From the NCBI GenBank assembly GCA_000934665.2, contig KZ537969.1, forward strand, positions 1-64,000: a DNA stretch of 64,000 nt, written 5' to 3'. Both the position numbers and the translations under genes were made by a program. Under the pieces are notes generated by a model. The model was not told where the DNA came from, did no database searches, and was given only the letters and a program-made list of their open reading frames with translations. Below, one piece after another: positions 21,101 to 33,900 of this stretch (the first letter of the stretch is position 1; every line of letters begins with the position of its first letter). Origin of the DNA: Catajapyx aquilonaris. Lineage: Eukaryota.

Positions 21101-24100
21101 GTGCAAGGTGCAGTGCAATGTCTTTATGTGGCCATTTTTAGTGAACTCCCCCGGGTGGTTTAGTCTGTAGGAAATACCACCCGAGACGAAGCCAGAGGTG
21201 ACCCAATGAACTCTGCACGAGATGAAGGGGGTGTCCCCGGGCTGGGGTCGAACCCGGGACCTTAACATCCGTGGGCGCGTGCGTTACCGCAGCACCACTC
21301 CGCCTCCCCACTTACATGCATAATAACCAACACAGCGGCCACTTTTCAAATCGCCAGGTAAAAGTCGCCAAGCCATGTAGACCAGCCCCGTAATATGGAT
21401 TGCGCGGCCCCACTGGATAAGTTGCGGCCCTTGGGCCCTCCCTTCCATATTGAGCAGGTTGAACTTGTCCTATTCCTCAATGTGATGCTTTTGAATTCAG
21501 AAACTTAGCCAGTAGTTGATTGCATAGTGCTTGAGCATGCATGTACATCATGACAGTGTTTTGACAGATCACATTCTTTTGTCTCAATTTGCAATGAGCC
21601 TGTGTCTGTGAGACCTAACATCCTGACATGACTGACATTTGCAGTGACCTAACACTGTGGCTCCCTTCCTGAGGGTGTTGAAAAGATGTCAATCCCATCC
21701 CACCATTTTGCAGAGGGTGCGCTGGCACCATCCAAGCCAAGGTTGTCATCCATTCCCCGTCCGCATCCACACCAGCAGCCCCCAAGGGCCACCCCTCTCT
21801 TGTCACCTGGGGTGCGCTATGGCTACCTCAACTGGATCACCTTCACACCCCCACAGCCCAGTCTCCCACCACCACCACCACCACCCCGTCCCACGACCAC
21901 TCCCGACCTGATTCGCCAGCTGCCTCACACTGCCCTTAACAATGACGAGCCAGTAGCAGAACCCCCTGTTAACATATCAACCAACCCATTTCTGAGACCT
22001 GACCCGGACAATATTAACCCGCACGAAGTCCGAGGTGACCTAAACCCATTTTCAGGCATGAGTAGCGCCAACCACCAATCCGCTGCCAGAAATGCCACTG
22101 CCGCCAGCAATGCCGCTCTGCATAACAGCTCGCACCCTTCTTCCTCTTCGGCCACCTCGCTGACCAGGTCGCCCCAGAGCCCACCCCTGGGCACCACTGC
22201 CCTCACCTCCCCCACTCCCCAAGTGGCCTCCCCACCGTCGGAGGACAGGTACGCTGCTCTAAAGGACCTGGACAGCCTGTTCAAGACTCAGACCACCGAC
22301 AACAATTTGTGGCAAGCTCCTGCAGGTCAGTCCACCAATTTACATGCCTCCAAGCATATTAGGATTGTGAGCATCAATTTCAGATAGATGCTATGTGGCA
22401 TGGAAGACCCTTATGCTCCCAAAAATTTTCATATGTTGCTAGAATTTAACCAGTAATTACATGTCTGCATAATACAGAATACTGTCTTCATTCATGCTAA
22501 TTGCAAATTCAAGTTACCTCTTCCAAATAAAAAATTGAAATCCTGACTTGATACATTCCTAGACAGGTCGTACCCGTCATCACTTCTCTGTTTGTCGCCT
22601 TGATTTCTCACTGAAATCTTTTAATGTTCCCTGATTCAGCTCCTGCAGCTAACAACAACAGCACCAACAACAACCTATGGGGCACACCTCCAGTGAGCAA
22701 CACCCAGACCACCAACAATGGAAGTTGGGGAATGCCAACTGGCAATGGCACGGCAAACCATGGTGGCGCATCGTTTCCTACTGTTTTTGGAAGCCCGCAG
22801 TCAGGAGGGGGTGGGACAGGAGTGTGGGGAGGGGCCCCTCAAGGGCAGCAGAACTTCTTTTCAGGAGCACATCAGGCACCACAGAAGCCTGCGTCCGCTG
22901 CCTTCTCCAATGCTAACCCTTTCACAGGTGAGTGTGCTTATTCTGACGGTATGAAGTGTATAATGATTGCATGGAAAAGTCGGGTATATTTTGAGATGAT
23001 TATTTGATGGTCATTATTTTTGTTGGGAATTTGTGGTGAAAGTACCTGTATGTGCGCAAGGGATCCTCTTTGTTGATCTCTTGGGTGTACATATTTCCAA
23101 TAATTGCTCAAGGTAATAAAGCTTCTAGGTGATGTGTGGACTGGGTAATGTGTGTACGTTGTCTGTCAAGGGTCCATGAAGTATGTTACTTATTTTGAAA
23201 ACTTTCATGTGCCCCGTTTTGTTTCCCCATCTGACCCCCAACCCCATGTCTCGCACATCCATTCTAGATACTCTCGCTACATTTTTAAGTACCGTTGTTT
23301 CTTGACAATATTAAAGTCTGATGTCATGCTCTATGGTCCATTATGATGGCATCACTCCCCTTGCTCTGTCCTGTAACATACTTTCTGGATGACCCGGAAT
23401 GGCCATATGTCGGAGAGAGTATTTAAGCTGCAATGTTGTTCTTAAGGTTCGATGCACACTTGGTCTGGTGGTGGTGGTGGAAGTGGGGGTGGTGGGGGTC
23501 GCATGCCTTCTTCCTTTGTTCAAGTGAACCCATTTGGTGGATTTGGATCTGGTGGTAAGAAACAGCAACTTTTGAGTAAATGTTACTGCCACAAGTGTAG
23601 GGCTAGGTTTAAATTAATCCCACATATTTTTTGCAGACCATTTTGGAGGCTCATTTGACCATGGTGTAGGCAGAGTGGCCAATGGGCAGGTGCCCAATGG
23701 AGGCGTTCCTGTCTTCCCCACCCAAGCGTCCTCGGCTGGCTCGAGGTGGCCCTCGGCAGCATCTACGCCCATGTCGTCAACAACTTCCAACAACACATCT
23801 GGAATATTTCCTGCTAGTCAGTCCATGAACTTCCCCCCAACCAAAGCCTGGCCTGCCACTGCACCTGCTGTGGGGAACCCCTTTCTGGTACGACCTATAG
23901 CGTGAATCATGTTCATAGTTTTTCTAGCTGTATCATATGATGGCAAATTGGTACAGTAGTGAAGAAATTGTTAGGTTTTGCCAATTTTAAGAAGTTCTAA
24001 TCGGATGAAATACCCAGCAAAAACAGTTGATCAAAAGCTTGCAAAATTACATGATTGGACAGGCAAAATTTGGGCAACAGATGGTGTCGTCATTGTTTGC

Positions 24101-24471
24101 GCATGCACACCAGTGAAAATAATCCATTAGTTATCATATGCATGGAGGTGACTCAAACACAGTATTCCGAAATAATGTGCAAAAAAGATTGGAATTACTG
24201 TATTTGATGGAATATAAGACGCACCACGATTTCAGCAGATTATATCCAGGGGAAAAAGTTCTTATTGTATTTTCGCATATAAGATGCAGGGCCATTTTTG
24301 TGGGGGGGAAAGTGTGTCTTATAACCCGTCAAATACAGTACTTGTTGCACATATCATACAACAAGTTTTGTGGATTTTTTCCACCAGCATGCTACAGGCA
24401 TCCTATTGTTCTCATTCCAGTCTGGCGCAAGTATGACTCCTGGAAGCCACTCAAGCAACCCGTTCTTGTAG
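12177..24471 (+). CDS. AGFG1: Arf-GAP domain and FG repeat-containing protein (AGFG1/HRB/drongo-like, up to ~669 aa)
   Basis: Exons 12177-12352, 17538-17631, 17751-17863, 18819-18963, 19109-19280, 21714(or 22056)-22325, 22640-22927, 23447-23554, 23637-23887, 24421-24471. ArfGAP zinc finger CFDCHQRGPTYVNMTIGSFVCTSCSGILRGL..PHRVKSISM, DRYAALKDLD motif, FG and NPF motifs, C-terminus SSNPFL. Internal low-complexity exon boundaries are less certain. Confidence 0.92.
12420..13105. repeat. Three diverged copies of a ~140-bp unit in AGFG1 intron 1
   Basis: ATG(G/T)CACAAGGTG(C/T)TGCAG...CGATAGAAAT(G/A)TGTCA recurs at ~12421, ~12561 and ~12986. Confidence 0.7.
12617..12971. mobile_element. pogo/Tc1-type MITE
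   Basis: TIRs CAGTAGAACCTCGATTATC / GATAATTGGGGTTCTACTG; a TA target duplication is not intact. Confidence 0.7.
19499..20404 (-). mobile_element. Internally deleted mariner transposon
   Basis: Perfect 28-bp TIRs CGAGGGTCGTCCAATAAGTTCTGAGCCT flanked by TA on both sides. Minus-strand transposase remnants: HTH (RAVIKYFQKKG..SYATVRRW..F..GRES.EDDPRSG.P), WVTRDL (WVPRxL motif), DETW, then a jump to the C-terminal RWDKCI..GDYVE. Confidence 0.93.
20541..21438. mobile_element. Old non-autonomous TIR element (GGGC termini, possibly Harbinger-type) with a SINE inserted
   Basis: About 90-bp imperfect inverted repeats 20541-20630 and 21342-21438 (GGCCGCGC.ATCC...TTACGGGGC...GCGATTTGAAAAG). No target duplication recognised. 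Confidence 0.6.
20959..21310 (-). mobile_element. tRNA-derived SINE, (TTA)n-tailed copy
   Basis: Minus-strand head GGGGAGGCGGAGTGGTGCTGCGGTAACGC..ACGGA..GGTTCGACCCC (A and B boxes, tRNA-Arg-like), TAA microsatellite tail, 16-bp TSD CTTACATGCATAATAA at 20943-20958 and 21311-21326. Confidence 0.88.
24198..24338. mobile_element. Tc1/pogo-type MITE
   Basis: TA-flanked imperfect TIRs CTGTATTTGATGGAATATAAGACGCAC / GTGTGTCTTATAACCCGTCAAATACAG. Confidence 0.65.
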
Positions 24472-27063
24472 GGTACTGCCAAGCCCATAAAATGAAAACT
24501 AGGTGCCCGACTTACCACCACTCGCAAGGTCTTGCCATTTGCCAGCGCCTTCCACAAAATGCATTCATCCGGTCAATTCCTCCCGGTTCGCATCAAAGTC
24601 TCATCGCCCATATTTGTCATCGTCATCAGTTATTATTAATCATTTTCTCTTAATTAACGTCATTGCCTCAAATGCATATGCAGGGTTGACCTGGGGTATT
24701 GTCTTCCCCCACGGATCAATCATTGGAAAGACTTAACTCTAGCCAACCATAGCCAGTCCCTGCACCCCCAAAGGATTAACTAGTTTGTTAGTCAGGCTCA
24801 TGAACTTTCTTCACTTATCATTATTGCTATTAATTATTATTATTATTATTATTATTACCATTTTTTCTGACCTCCCCCCCCCCTACATGCACATTAGTTC
24901 AGGTACACTTTTTTATGGTCACATTTGATTAACATATTGTATTTTTGATGAGGGAAATGGATCATTGCTGGAGTTGGAGAAAAAAAATATTGTTGTTGTT
25001 GTCATTGATTTCTTCTTTGTTGGGGTGCCGCATAAGATGTTTTATACTTAATTCAGAGGAAGTGAAAAGGGACGTGTGTATTTTTCAGATGGAACTCGTC
25101 TCCCATTTTTTTCCCCCCTCACACTTTTTTGGACCGTGTGAATGCTTGTGTTTGTATGTACGTGCGTGTGCAAGCAAGTTGTTGTGGACCGTATGTGCAA
25201 ATTGCTCCAGCAATGATCCATTTGTTTTGGGGCTTGTTAGTTATATATTTTTCTGTACATTTATGCATGCAAGTTACGAGAGTTGAATATATTTGAGAGA
25301 ATATTCATTCCAGAAGGCCCCGCCCTTCCCATTCAGTGGTAGGAAGGCACCCTGTAGCAGATTTATCAATTTGTAAATGGCTCGATAGGCCACTATGTAA
25401 ACGGATTATTGGAAGGGAACGAGTAAATTTCAATTTCCCTGTGGTACTGCGAACAGAAGGGCTGTACATTTTGATCCTAACTGCCATCCATTTTCTCAGT
25501 GGAAGCATTTCCTTAACCCATCCATCTTTTACAACCAGTTGTTAGGGCAATGAAAATAAACAGCAAACTCGACGCGAATGCCATTTAGCCCAGATTAGCC
25601 GCAGATGTGATTTTACAAAATCACACTTGCACAAAATGATATTTGGAAACTAGAAGGGCAATCACATTAATAAATTAGCTGCTCATGATCACGGGAGCAC
25701 ATGGTGATATTTTCAGGCGCTACGTGATCATGCAATGCCAGTATTTGTTTTAAAGTTGCATAATTTCAATTCGTTTAATGTGATAAAAGTAGTTTATATC
25801 GTGGACGTTGATTAGAGAGGTATTTGTGGATTATTTTGTGCCCCAGTATTTAATTTAGTGCCGCCCTTGTAAAAATTGTGAGTTGTAGAGGCTGCTCTGG
25901 CATAAACAAAAAAAAAAAAATACTTCAGTGATGTCCTCTGTACAACTTTTCCATCCAAGCAGGGAATATGTTTCTGCACTACAAAATGCTCAACAGCATT
26001 ACCTTCGCTCCATGTGTATTAGCCACATCTGCAGTTGGGACTTTTTCAAACTGGCATATAGAGGTGTACAGGCATCCAAAAAATGAAAATTTTTGTGATA
26101 TCAGTGGAAGGAAGAACGGACAAAGGGAAGAAAACAAATTGCGCCTTTGTTTCCCTATAGATCAGTGTTCCTAATGTGGAGAATGTATCCGTTTGATTGT
26201 ACAAGTCTTTTTGCTGGCCTTAGGAATCATGTTTCCTCCCCTCCCCCCAACCTCTGAAAAACAATATTCATTCTTCTTGGTGTCTTGTAACAATCAACTG
26301 GACCCAAATAATAGTTTTGTAGCCCATGCAGTTGCTTTCCATCGAACTTGCCCCCTCCAAAAATTTCCCCCCAACAATAGCCGTGCGTGTGTGGTGGAAT
26401 GACTACTTTAATCTCGAACCACAGTATGAACATGAACTCTGTACAGTCAACAATTATTTGAGCTATGTACAAACTTATAACTAAAAACAGGATAGAAAAT
26501 GGGAAGGGGAAAGGGACGAATGGTATTGGCACATTGTTGCATGGTGGTGTGTGAAAAGAGGGGGTTGAAATCACATGTCCACTAAAATGTTCTATTGAAA
26601 ATTGCAACTTGTCCCTGCGTGACATTTGGCAAGCGACCAGGTGTAGGTGACAAGAACCAGATTTAGAGAATTTCTTTTCTACGTGTATAAAATCACAACC
26701 TCATTACTAAAAAAAAAAGGTCACAATTTTTTCCATAAATTCCATTAAATTTTTTTTTGTCACATGTAGAATTTGGGATATGAAACCAGTCACATGACTA
26801 CATGAAAAAACAGTGGGTGTTCAAAAATAGGGAGGGTAAAGTGGGCGGAAGTCGTCTACCCAATTAATTGCTAGGCAAAACGTTTGTGGCCAACGACTTC
26901 TGGAGCATTGCACAGACTAGACAAAAATGACCGAACTTACAAATGAAAAAAAAAATTTACTTTAATCAATCAGGTACCCTATTTTTAAACGATATCCATA
27001 AAATAACGACACTGGTTTATACAATTTGACCCGAGTGATTGATATTTGCATCGTGTATATGTA

Positions 27064-27172
27064 CAGGGTGTATCAAACTTCCTGTAAAATCATCCTTCTC
27101 CTGTGGCATTGCGACATAACCACACCTTGTCACGAATATTATCTGGTCCGTTTGATATAGTTGATCACCCTG
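27064..27172. mobile_element. Small Tc1/mariner-type MITE in probable FAM122 3' UTR
   Basis: TA|CAGGGTG ... CACCCTG|TA termini with an additional ATCAA(AC) inverted match. Confidence 0.5.
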
Positions 27173-27262
27173 TACTTTCATTAATATATTTTTAACAACT
27201 GGGGTACCCAAGCCGAATAATGTAACAACTCAGACTGGTCCTGCAGGGTAACTGATTTGAGA

Positions 27263-29112
27263 CTAGGACTGGTTATGAGTGGGTTCGTCAGCCACATCCA
27301 CACTCATCCTGGTAGGGGCGGCCCTACTGCTGGAGGAGGATGGAGTGCCAGAGAGCGGAGGAGTCGGAGTCAGTGTGCTTCCACGCCCTCCGCCCCCCGA
27401 AGTGGAGTCCACCAGCATTGCCTCCGCCCCTCCTCCGGCTCCAATGGGACCGTTGTTGGGGCTGTGCACAGGCTGGAACAAGCAACTTCCAGGTGAGTCA
27501 GCACTTGACATGGAGTCGGGTGTGCCAACCGAGCTGAGAGAGCCGGGGGCTGGACTAGCAGTGGTGGTCGAGGTGGCCTCAAGAGGGTGGGCCATCAGGA
27601 GACCTACGGAAGGTGGCCTTTCCAGGGAAGTTCCACCCATGTTGAGGCGCTTTGGGGCTGTCGATCCAAAGAGCGGAAAGTCCAAGCCATCACACTCATA
27701 CTTGCGCTTCATGGCGCCTCCCAGTGGGCTGGGCCTCATTGTAATGGGGCTCAAGCTGCGTCTGAAAACCATACGTTACAGACTGATATGGATGGATCAT
27801 GTACGCCAACCAACCTGGTGAAACTCTTCCTTGTAGGGCTTGGCGAGGGACTGGGCGAGAACGGTATGATTCCTCCGCCACTTCGAATGGCCACTTGCAC
27901 TCCTGGTGAGAACGAGGGTGGCCTAGCTCCTGCACTGTTGGTTGACATTGGTGTACTAGAAGGTGTGCCCAGAGTGCCTCGGGTTGGGGACGGGGAGGCC
28001 AGCGGGGATGCATATAGCAGAGACGCAGGTGGGAGACTCAGGTGGAGGGGATCGCTGTAGTTGCGACCCGAGCGGCGTCCTCCGTCCACCGTCTGGGGAT
28101 GAGGGCGTACAATTCAGCACATTCTGGAGCATCTGAGCCTGTGGAGGAGGTCACTTACCAGAGAGAGATCTTCCCAGGATTGCGACATCTTGAGAGCAGA
28201 CTGGATCTCGCACTCGTGGGCCACCTCCCTTCCAACCAGATCCATCCCTTCCTCTTGCTTCAGCTGGCTCACTCGACTCGGGATGTATGGTCCAGGAGAG
28301 CTCTGCATTGGTTAGTGACGTTATGAATCAACTTATAAAAGGCCATGAAATCGACAGCTGCTTGGGCTAGAAAAATACTCACTCCTCCTGATCTCCCAGG
28401 GCTGAAGCTGGCACTGAAGCGCCTGACTCGTGGCTGAAGAAGGCTGCTGAACATCTCAGACGTAGGTGATTCCCTGCTGTTGTACAAAAGCAAAAAAAGT
28501 CCTTACACTCGACCAATGAACGCCACAAAATTGTCCGGGAACAACTTGCAATTGCAAATCCACAACTTTTCATGCTCATGTCTCAATGTAACTGGCCTCC
28601 AACCAGTCCATTGCACTGAGGGGTTAGTCACTTGATTATAGTGTACGTTGGACTTCACGAACTTTGTGTCAGGACTTCATATGTGACTAAAGCCATGTTT
28701 ACATGTGAGCGATTTGATCAGCGGCGTTGCAACGATGACATTGCTGAGGAAAAGTAACAATCGTGGTAACAGTATGTTTTCGTCCCAAATGGGTGCCATC
28801 GCTGCAACATCTCACACATGTAAATGCGGCTTAACCCCTCACATCGTACGCATGAGGACATACCTCGTAGTGAGTAACATAGCCATTGCAATGAACGAGT
28901 TTACGTCTTTATGCCATTGCTAGCATTTGCGTTCAACAAGACAGTCATTACCCATAAATGATTCCAGACTTGGACATGGTGGCAGTGTTGGTAGTGTTGG
29001 CCACTGGACAGCTGACCAGCTCGTTGATCATGGGTGCACTGGAGGACCTCTTGAGATGCGAGGAGGCCGACTGACAGGTGACGCCGCTGGACGGCGGAGG
29101 GTCCACATCCAT
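27263..29112 (-). CDS. FAM122A: FAM122/PABIR family PP2A-B55 inhibitor (~390 aa)
   Basis: Exons 29112-28952, 28473-28383, 28302-28159, 28092-27815, 27761-27263 (1173 nt). Family motifs LKRSSSAPMI, RVSQLKQEEGMDL..REVAHE.EIQSALKMSQSWEDLSL, SPSPTR, PSPTRK.FTRRSLSPI.MRPS...KRK. Confidence 0.92.
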
Positions 29113-29822
29113 CGTACTTTGAAAGGGTAAAGCAAGTAAGGCCTGAAGGGGCCCTGACCTGTCTGCCTGATGCGTCGTCCAACCCAAGTTCAGAGCAGCA
29201 CCACGTCCTTCTCCATGTGTCAGCGGTGTGGATGGTGCATTGTTGTCACTTTCGCCACTTTGGGTGTGGTGATGGCCCACCAGAGCAGGAGCGGCTGTGC
29301 ACCACACCCGGTCTACACACCAGACTAGGGGCAGGCCCTGGGCAGATCGGGCAGCAGGCGGGCCAGAGGTACGGAGGACAGGATCGGCGGAGAGAGATGC
29401 AAGTACGGTGACTAGCAGTGGCGCTTATTAGAGACGGAGGAGGACCGAGGGAATCAAGCAAGGCTTATACACCCCCCCCAGTAGCCGCTACTCTCTCAAA
29501 TCGCTATCCGCTATCCGCTATTGGGTTATTAAAACGACCCACGACGCAAAGACAACGACGCTAGTGTGAACCACCGTATACCACAGGTCTGTGCGGATCC
29601 AGGCTTGCTGTAATCACGGCTCTTTCTATAGTTGCTGGGTTGTACCCTACTTTTGCGGATCGATTTCAGGCGGGCCCAGTATTTGCGCGGTTAAATCATG
29701 CATGAAGATGGATGTTTAGCCTGGGAAAATTGGAGGTGCATAAATTTTGCAAGGAATCAGTTTGTGTATACAGGTACTGCACAAGTCCTCTGTTCAAGGT
29801 ACAGGGTGTATACTAGATATAA

Positions 29823-29917
29823 TCAAGATATAATAAAGGAAAGTTTGTTTGTTTGTCCATGGGAACGGGGGGGTTGCAATGGAAACAGATCGTGCGAAGA
29901 ACGGGCTCTTCTGCTAG
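29823..29917 (+). mobile_element. Miniature non-autonomous Helitron-like element
   Basis: A|TC start, ATATAATAAAGG, (GTTT)n tract, subterminal CGTGCGAAGAACGGG imperfect hairpin, CTAG|T end. Confidence 0.55.
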
Positions 29918-30424
29918 TTACTTGCGTATTGGGCTGCGGAACCTCATAGGCTGGGTTAGCCCTGCAATGCTCTATAAAGTCATGGAGCATTTTATGGGGC
30001 CATTTGAGTGTTAAAACTCTCCACATTTTATTAGCAATGGAATAGGGCAAAGTTCGGCAAAGTTGCTGTTTAGTAGTTTACACATCTATAGTAAGACACA
30101 AAATGATTGCATGTCTATTGCCACCAATTTAAAAATTGGCAATATAATTAAGCCTACTTGTTGACATGCTGTTAGGTGATAAATTCACGTACAGGGATAG
30201 TGGACCTGGTCCTGTTTCTGATGTTTGATTCTCCCGCTTGGAATTGTTGTCAGATTCAAACTAACTTTTTGCTACTTTAATTTTTAAACGCAGATTTTAT
30301 ATTTCATAGGCAGTACTGTATTATAAAATGAGATTAAACCATAATTGGTCACAAATAATAGTATTGGCTCCTCTCTTTTTCTGGCGCCGCGCCGGTGCCA
30401 GTGGCGCCAGAAAATCCTTGTTGA

Positions 30425-30501
30425 AAAATGGCGGCTTCACCGTTTGTTTGTTGTTGTCTTCGTCATGTATGTTTTGTTGTTGGCCCGTCTCCCTTGGAAA
30501 C
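30425..30501 (+). promoter_or_regulatory. Probable CCDC39 promoter region: YY1 motif and X-box-like site
   Basis: AAAATGGCGGC at 30425-30435 and GTCTCC-CTT-GGAAAC at 30487-30501, in a CpG-rich patch ~430-510 nt upstream of the ATG. Confidence 0.4.
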
Positions 30502-30933
30502 AGAGGAGGAGACACGCCTCGGTGTCTGCGGGGGTCGTCTCTCCAACGCAGCTCACCAGACCAGCGGACTCCAGTGGAAGCCAGCCCGGAGAGGTCTTCT
30601 CCAGCAGAGCATGATCACACCGGACAAGCTGTTCGAACGACGAATGTTTTAGCGAGGCTTCTCCAGCCCCATTGGTAATAAGGGCTTGATTGCACTTAAT
30701 TATTATGACTGGCATTTCATTGAGTAAACATTTATTAAAAGTGTGTGTGAAGCGACAAGGAATTGTGTACAAGCAAATAGTGGAATTGAGCAGTGGAGGA
30801 CTGCAAAAGTAAAGAAATAATTTTAGGGCAAAATCATGGGGGAAATGCCAAACAAGGTTTCCCTGAGCCATGTGATTGTAATTGTCTGATGTACGTGACA
30901 GTTACAAAGTGAGCTGAGGAAGCGTCGCCCAAA

Positions 30934-33900
30934 ATGTTCACCTTATTGGAAGACGTGCGGAAGGAGGTGGGGTGGGACTCCGCCTTCACCTTCCCCATCG
31001 CCAATGCAGAGAACAAGCGTCTGGAGTTGGAGGTACGTTCAGTAGTCATTGTGCTACGTGGTAAACTCAGCTGACGTACATGCACTATTTTTTTTGGAAA
31101 CAGGTGCAGCAGTCCATGGCAAGTGCAGCTGATCTCAAACTGGACCTGGAGGAAAATGCAGGAAGGATAGAAGTGCTTAAACAGCACACCCTGCGAGTTG
31201 AACAGGAACTTGCTCAACAGCAGGTAATCGAATTTTGGGATTCACAGCAAGGGAAAGAGACATAGGAACTTTCAGAAGCGTTGCGTGAAAATTGCAAAAT
31301 AGAGGGCAGTCTTGAGTAAAAGTATTGTAACGGTATTCTCTAGTTACTTAAACATTTGTAGAGTTGCTTTATGAAATAGCTACAGTTTATACAGGGTTCT
31401 CCAAGTGTATTAGTACTTTTAGTTACAGGAAATTTTGCTCGAAGCTGATACTTTTTTGTGTCCGATCCCAATAATTAATCAGCCAGAGTAGTGTCAGTGG
31501 AATTCATCGTAATTAGACCTCGGCCATGTAGAATTCATTGCACAGATGGTTAAAAATTTGAACTGACATCAAGGAAGCGTGGAACAGGATTGAACTGACG
31601 TCACCATCGCCCATGTTCTTATTAATGGAAAGATTGGTATCAGTTGACACCATTTGAGTGTAAAAAATATAACATTGCTACATATTATGCCAAATATGGT
31701 TATTTCATGATGGTTGCTGCTATAGGTTTCACCTGTTATTGGTAATGGCATCTCCCGTTCTCATTAATTCCAGTTGCTGGTGTTTGCAGTTCGAGATCAG
31801 CTTCAGGCAGAGCTAGACCTTGCAAAGGTGACAGAACGTCGGAATTCTCGGATTACCCAGGAGAATGCTAACATATCGCACGACATTGAAGTAACAGGCA
31901 ACCGCCTAGAAGAATTGCAGAAAAGCATATACGCCTCAGCTCATCGGGTGGAGGAGCTAAAGCAACAGCTTCGCTGGAACCAGGAAGCGATTGATGTTTG
32001 GCTGCAGGAGGTGGCAACCCACGAAGAGGATGTACAGGCAGTGCTCAAGTACCAACATGACGATGATAATCGGTTGAAACTAATGGACCTAGAGCTACTC
32101 CGCATGCGAGATAACCTGCGCCAACTGAGGGAGGAAGTGGAGGCTGCCTCCCTGGAGCTAAACTCCCAGCAGATGTCGCTGGACAAGGTGGCTGAGGAAC
32201 TGAGACTCAGCCACCAGGAAAGGCGACTCGTACTCACGCAGTGGGAGGCCACTTTGGATGATCTAAGAAATAGAGATCGGGAGGTGGAGGTGAGTGAGAT
32301 GGTCCTCTTTAACATGAAATGATTTGTGGCGAGAAATGATTTTGGTTGAGATGTCACTCCTTAGGCATAACATTATTTTATGGAGGTAAGTCATTTTGAA
32401 AAACTTCACATCTGCACATAGCGATAAGGTCAAGTTTCTCCGTGGGATGTCTAGAAACTTGACCTTATCGCTATATGCAGAAGCGACGTATTTTGAATGA
32501 TGGAAGTGTTGTGGCCAAAATATAAATAAAGATGATCCATCATGAGCAGGTTAACTGAGTTCTGTAAAATTGTTGACGTCTCTGCTTCTACGTCATTGTA
32601 CAGTAGAATGCTTAAAGAATATAATGCCTGCTCTTGCAAATTTGCCTTGGAGGGAAGGTATCAGTGGTACAGTGTTACAGTTAGCTCTTTGTACCTTCTG
32701 GTGATGTATTCTCTGATGAATAATTGTTTGCTTATTGTTCTAAGTCACAGAATACTGAAACAATGCATTTAAGTATATGCCTCATGACTATCTGTAAAAT
32801 GTTGCTATATTAACATTTAACAGTTCATGTTTTGAACTTACATGCCTTTTTTTTCTTTAGGTGATAACAGAAGAAATTGAAAAAATCAACGCTGAAATAC
32901 GTGAACTGCAACAAAGTATAGCACGCAAGGAAGAAATGCTACACGCAGAGGTGAACTTCTGCAAGGAAATTGCCTATGAGATTACAGAAAAGGAGAAGGA
33001 ATTTATCCAGGTGAAGGCAAAGCTGACAAAGCTAGAAGGAAGCCAGACCGACTTGAAGCGGGAGCATGCAGCAGCTGACTCGTCCATTATTCGTCATGAC
33101 ACCGAGATCAAAAAGTCCGCAAAGGCAATTCGCCGTCTTATGGATACCATGGAAGAGGAGAAAGTGAAGCTGAGTATGCTGGATGCTCAAGTGGCAGAAC
33201 ACAGGGAGCAGCTGGCTCAAATGGCCGAATTGAGCCGGAACTACAAAGAAGAGGAGGTCGTCATGGGCCGGCTCATGGATGAGGAAATACGGCATGCTGA
33301 AGAAATTAATAAAGATAAGATACACATCGCTGACATGCTGTCAGAATGTAAGCTCAAGACTGGACACATGGAGGAAGAAGAAAGGCTTCTTGACCATGAG
33401 ATGGATGCAAGTCGGATGGCAATCCACAATGTCGAGGTTGACGATTCTTTTCCCTTCATAGATTATTCTGCTTTATGTACTTGTTTGAATTTTGAATGCC
33501 TTATTGCCAATTTTCACAATGCTCTCATAGTAGCCCTTTGTAGATGTAGTACTAACGCTGATCTCATACATCATTAGTTGCGCATCAAAGGGAAGGAGAA
33601 TGATCTCATGGTCCAAGAAGGCGCCATTTATAAGATGGACCTAAAGATCTACCAGACAGAACGTGCAGTTGAGGAGCTGATGGGACTGGCTGGAGATTCG
33701 TTCGATGAGGAGCGAGCCGAGCACGAGGCAATGATGGTGGAAATGGAAAAGCAAATCTCAGATTTGGCAGAGAAAGAGCGGAGCATTGCACGGGACCTGA
33801 CTGCCATTGAGGTGGAGAACGAGACCATGGACCTGAAGTTGGTGCGGGAGAGGGAGCGCCTGGCGAAGGAAGAGGTGGTGGTGCAAGAGCTGCACTTGCG

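Noticed and set aside
24138..24653. 171-aa plus-strand ORF over the AGFG1 last intron and exon
   Set aside because: Runs through a MITE and out of frame across the true last exon; no protein-like features.
27279..28060. Plus-strand ORFs of 157-180 aa
   Set aside because: Antisense to the GC-rich Ser/Pro exons of FAM122.
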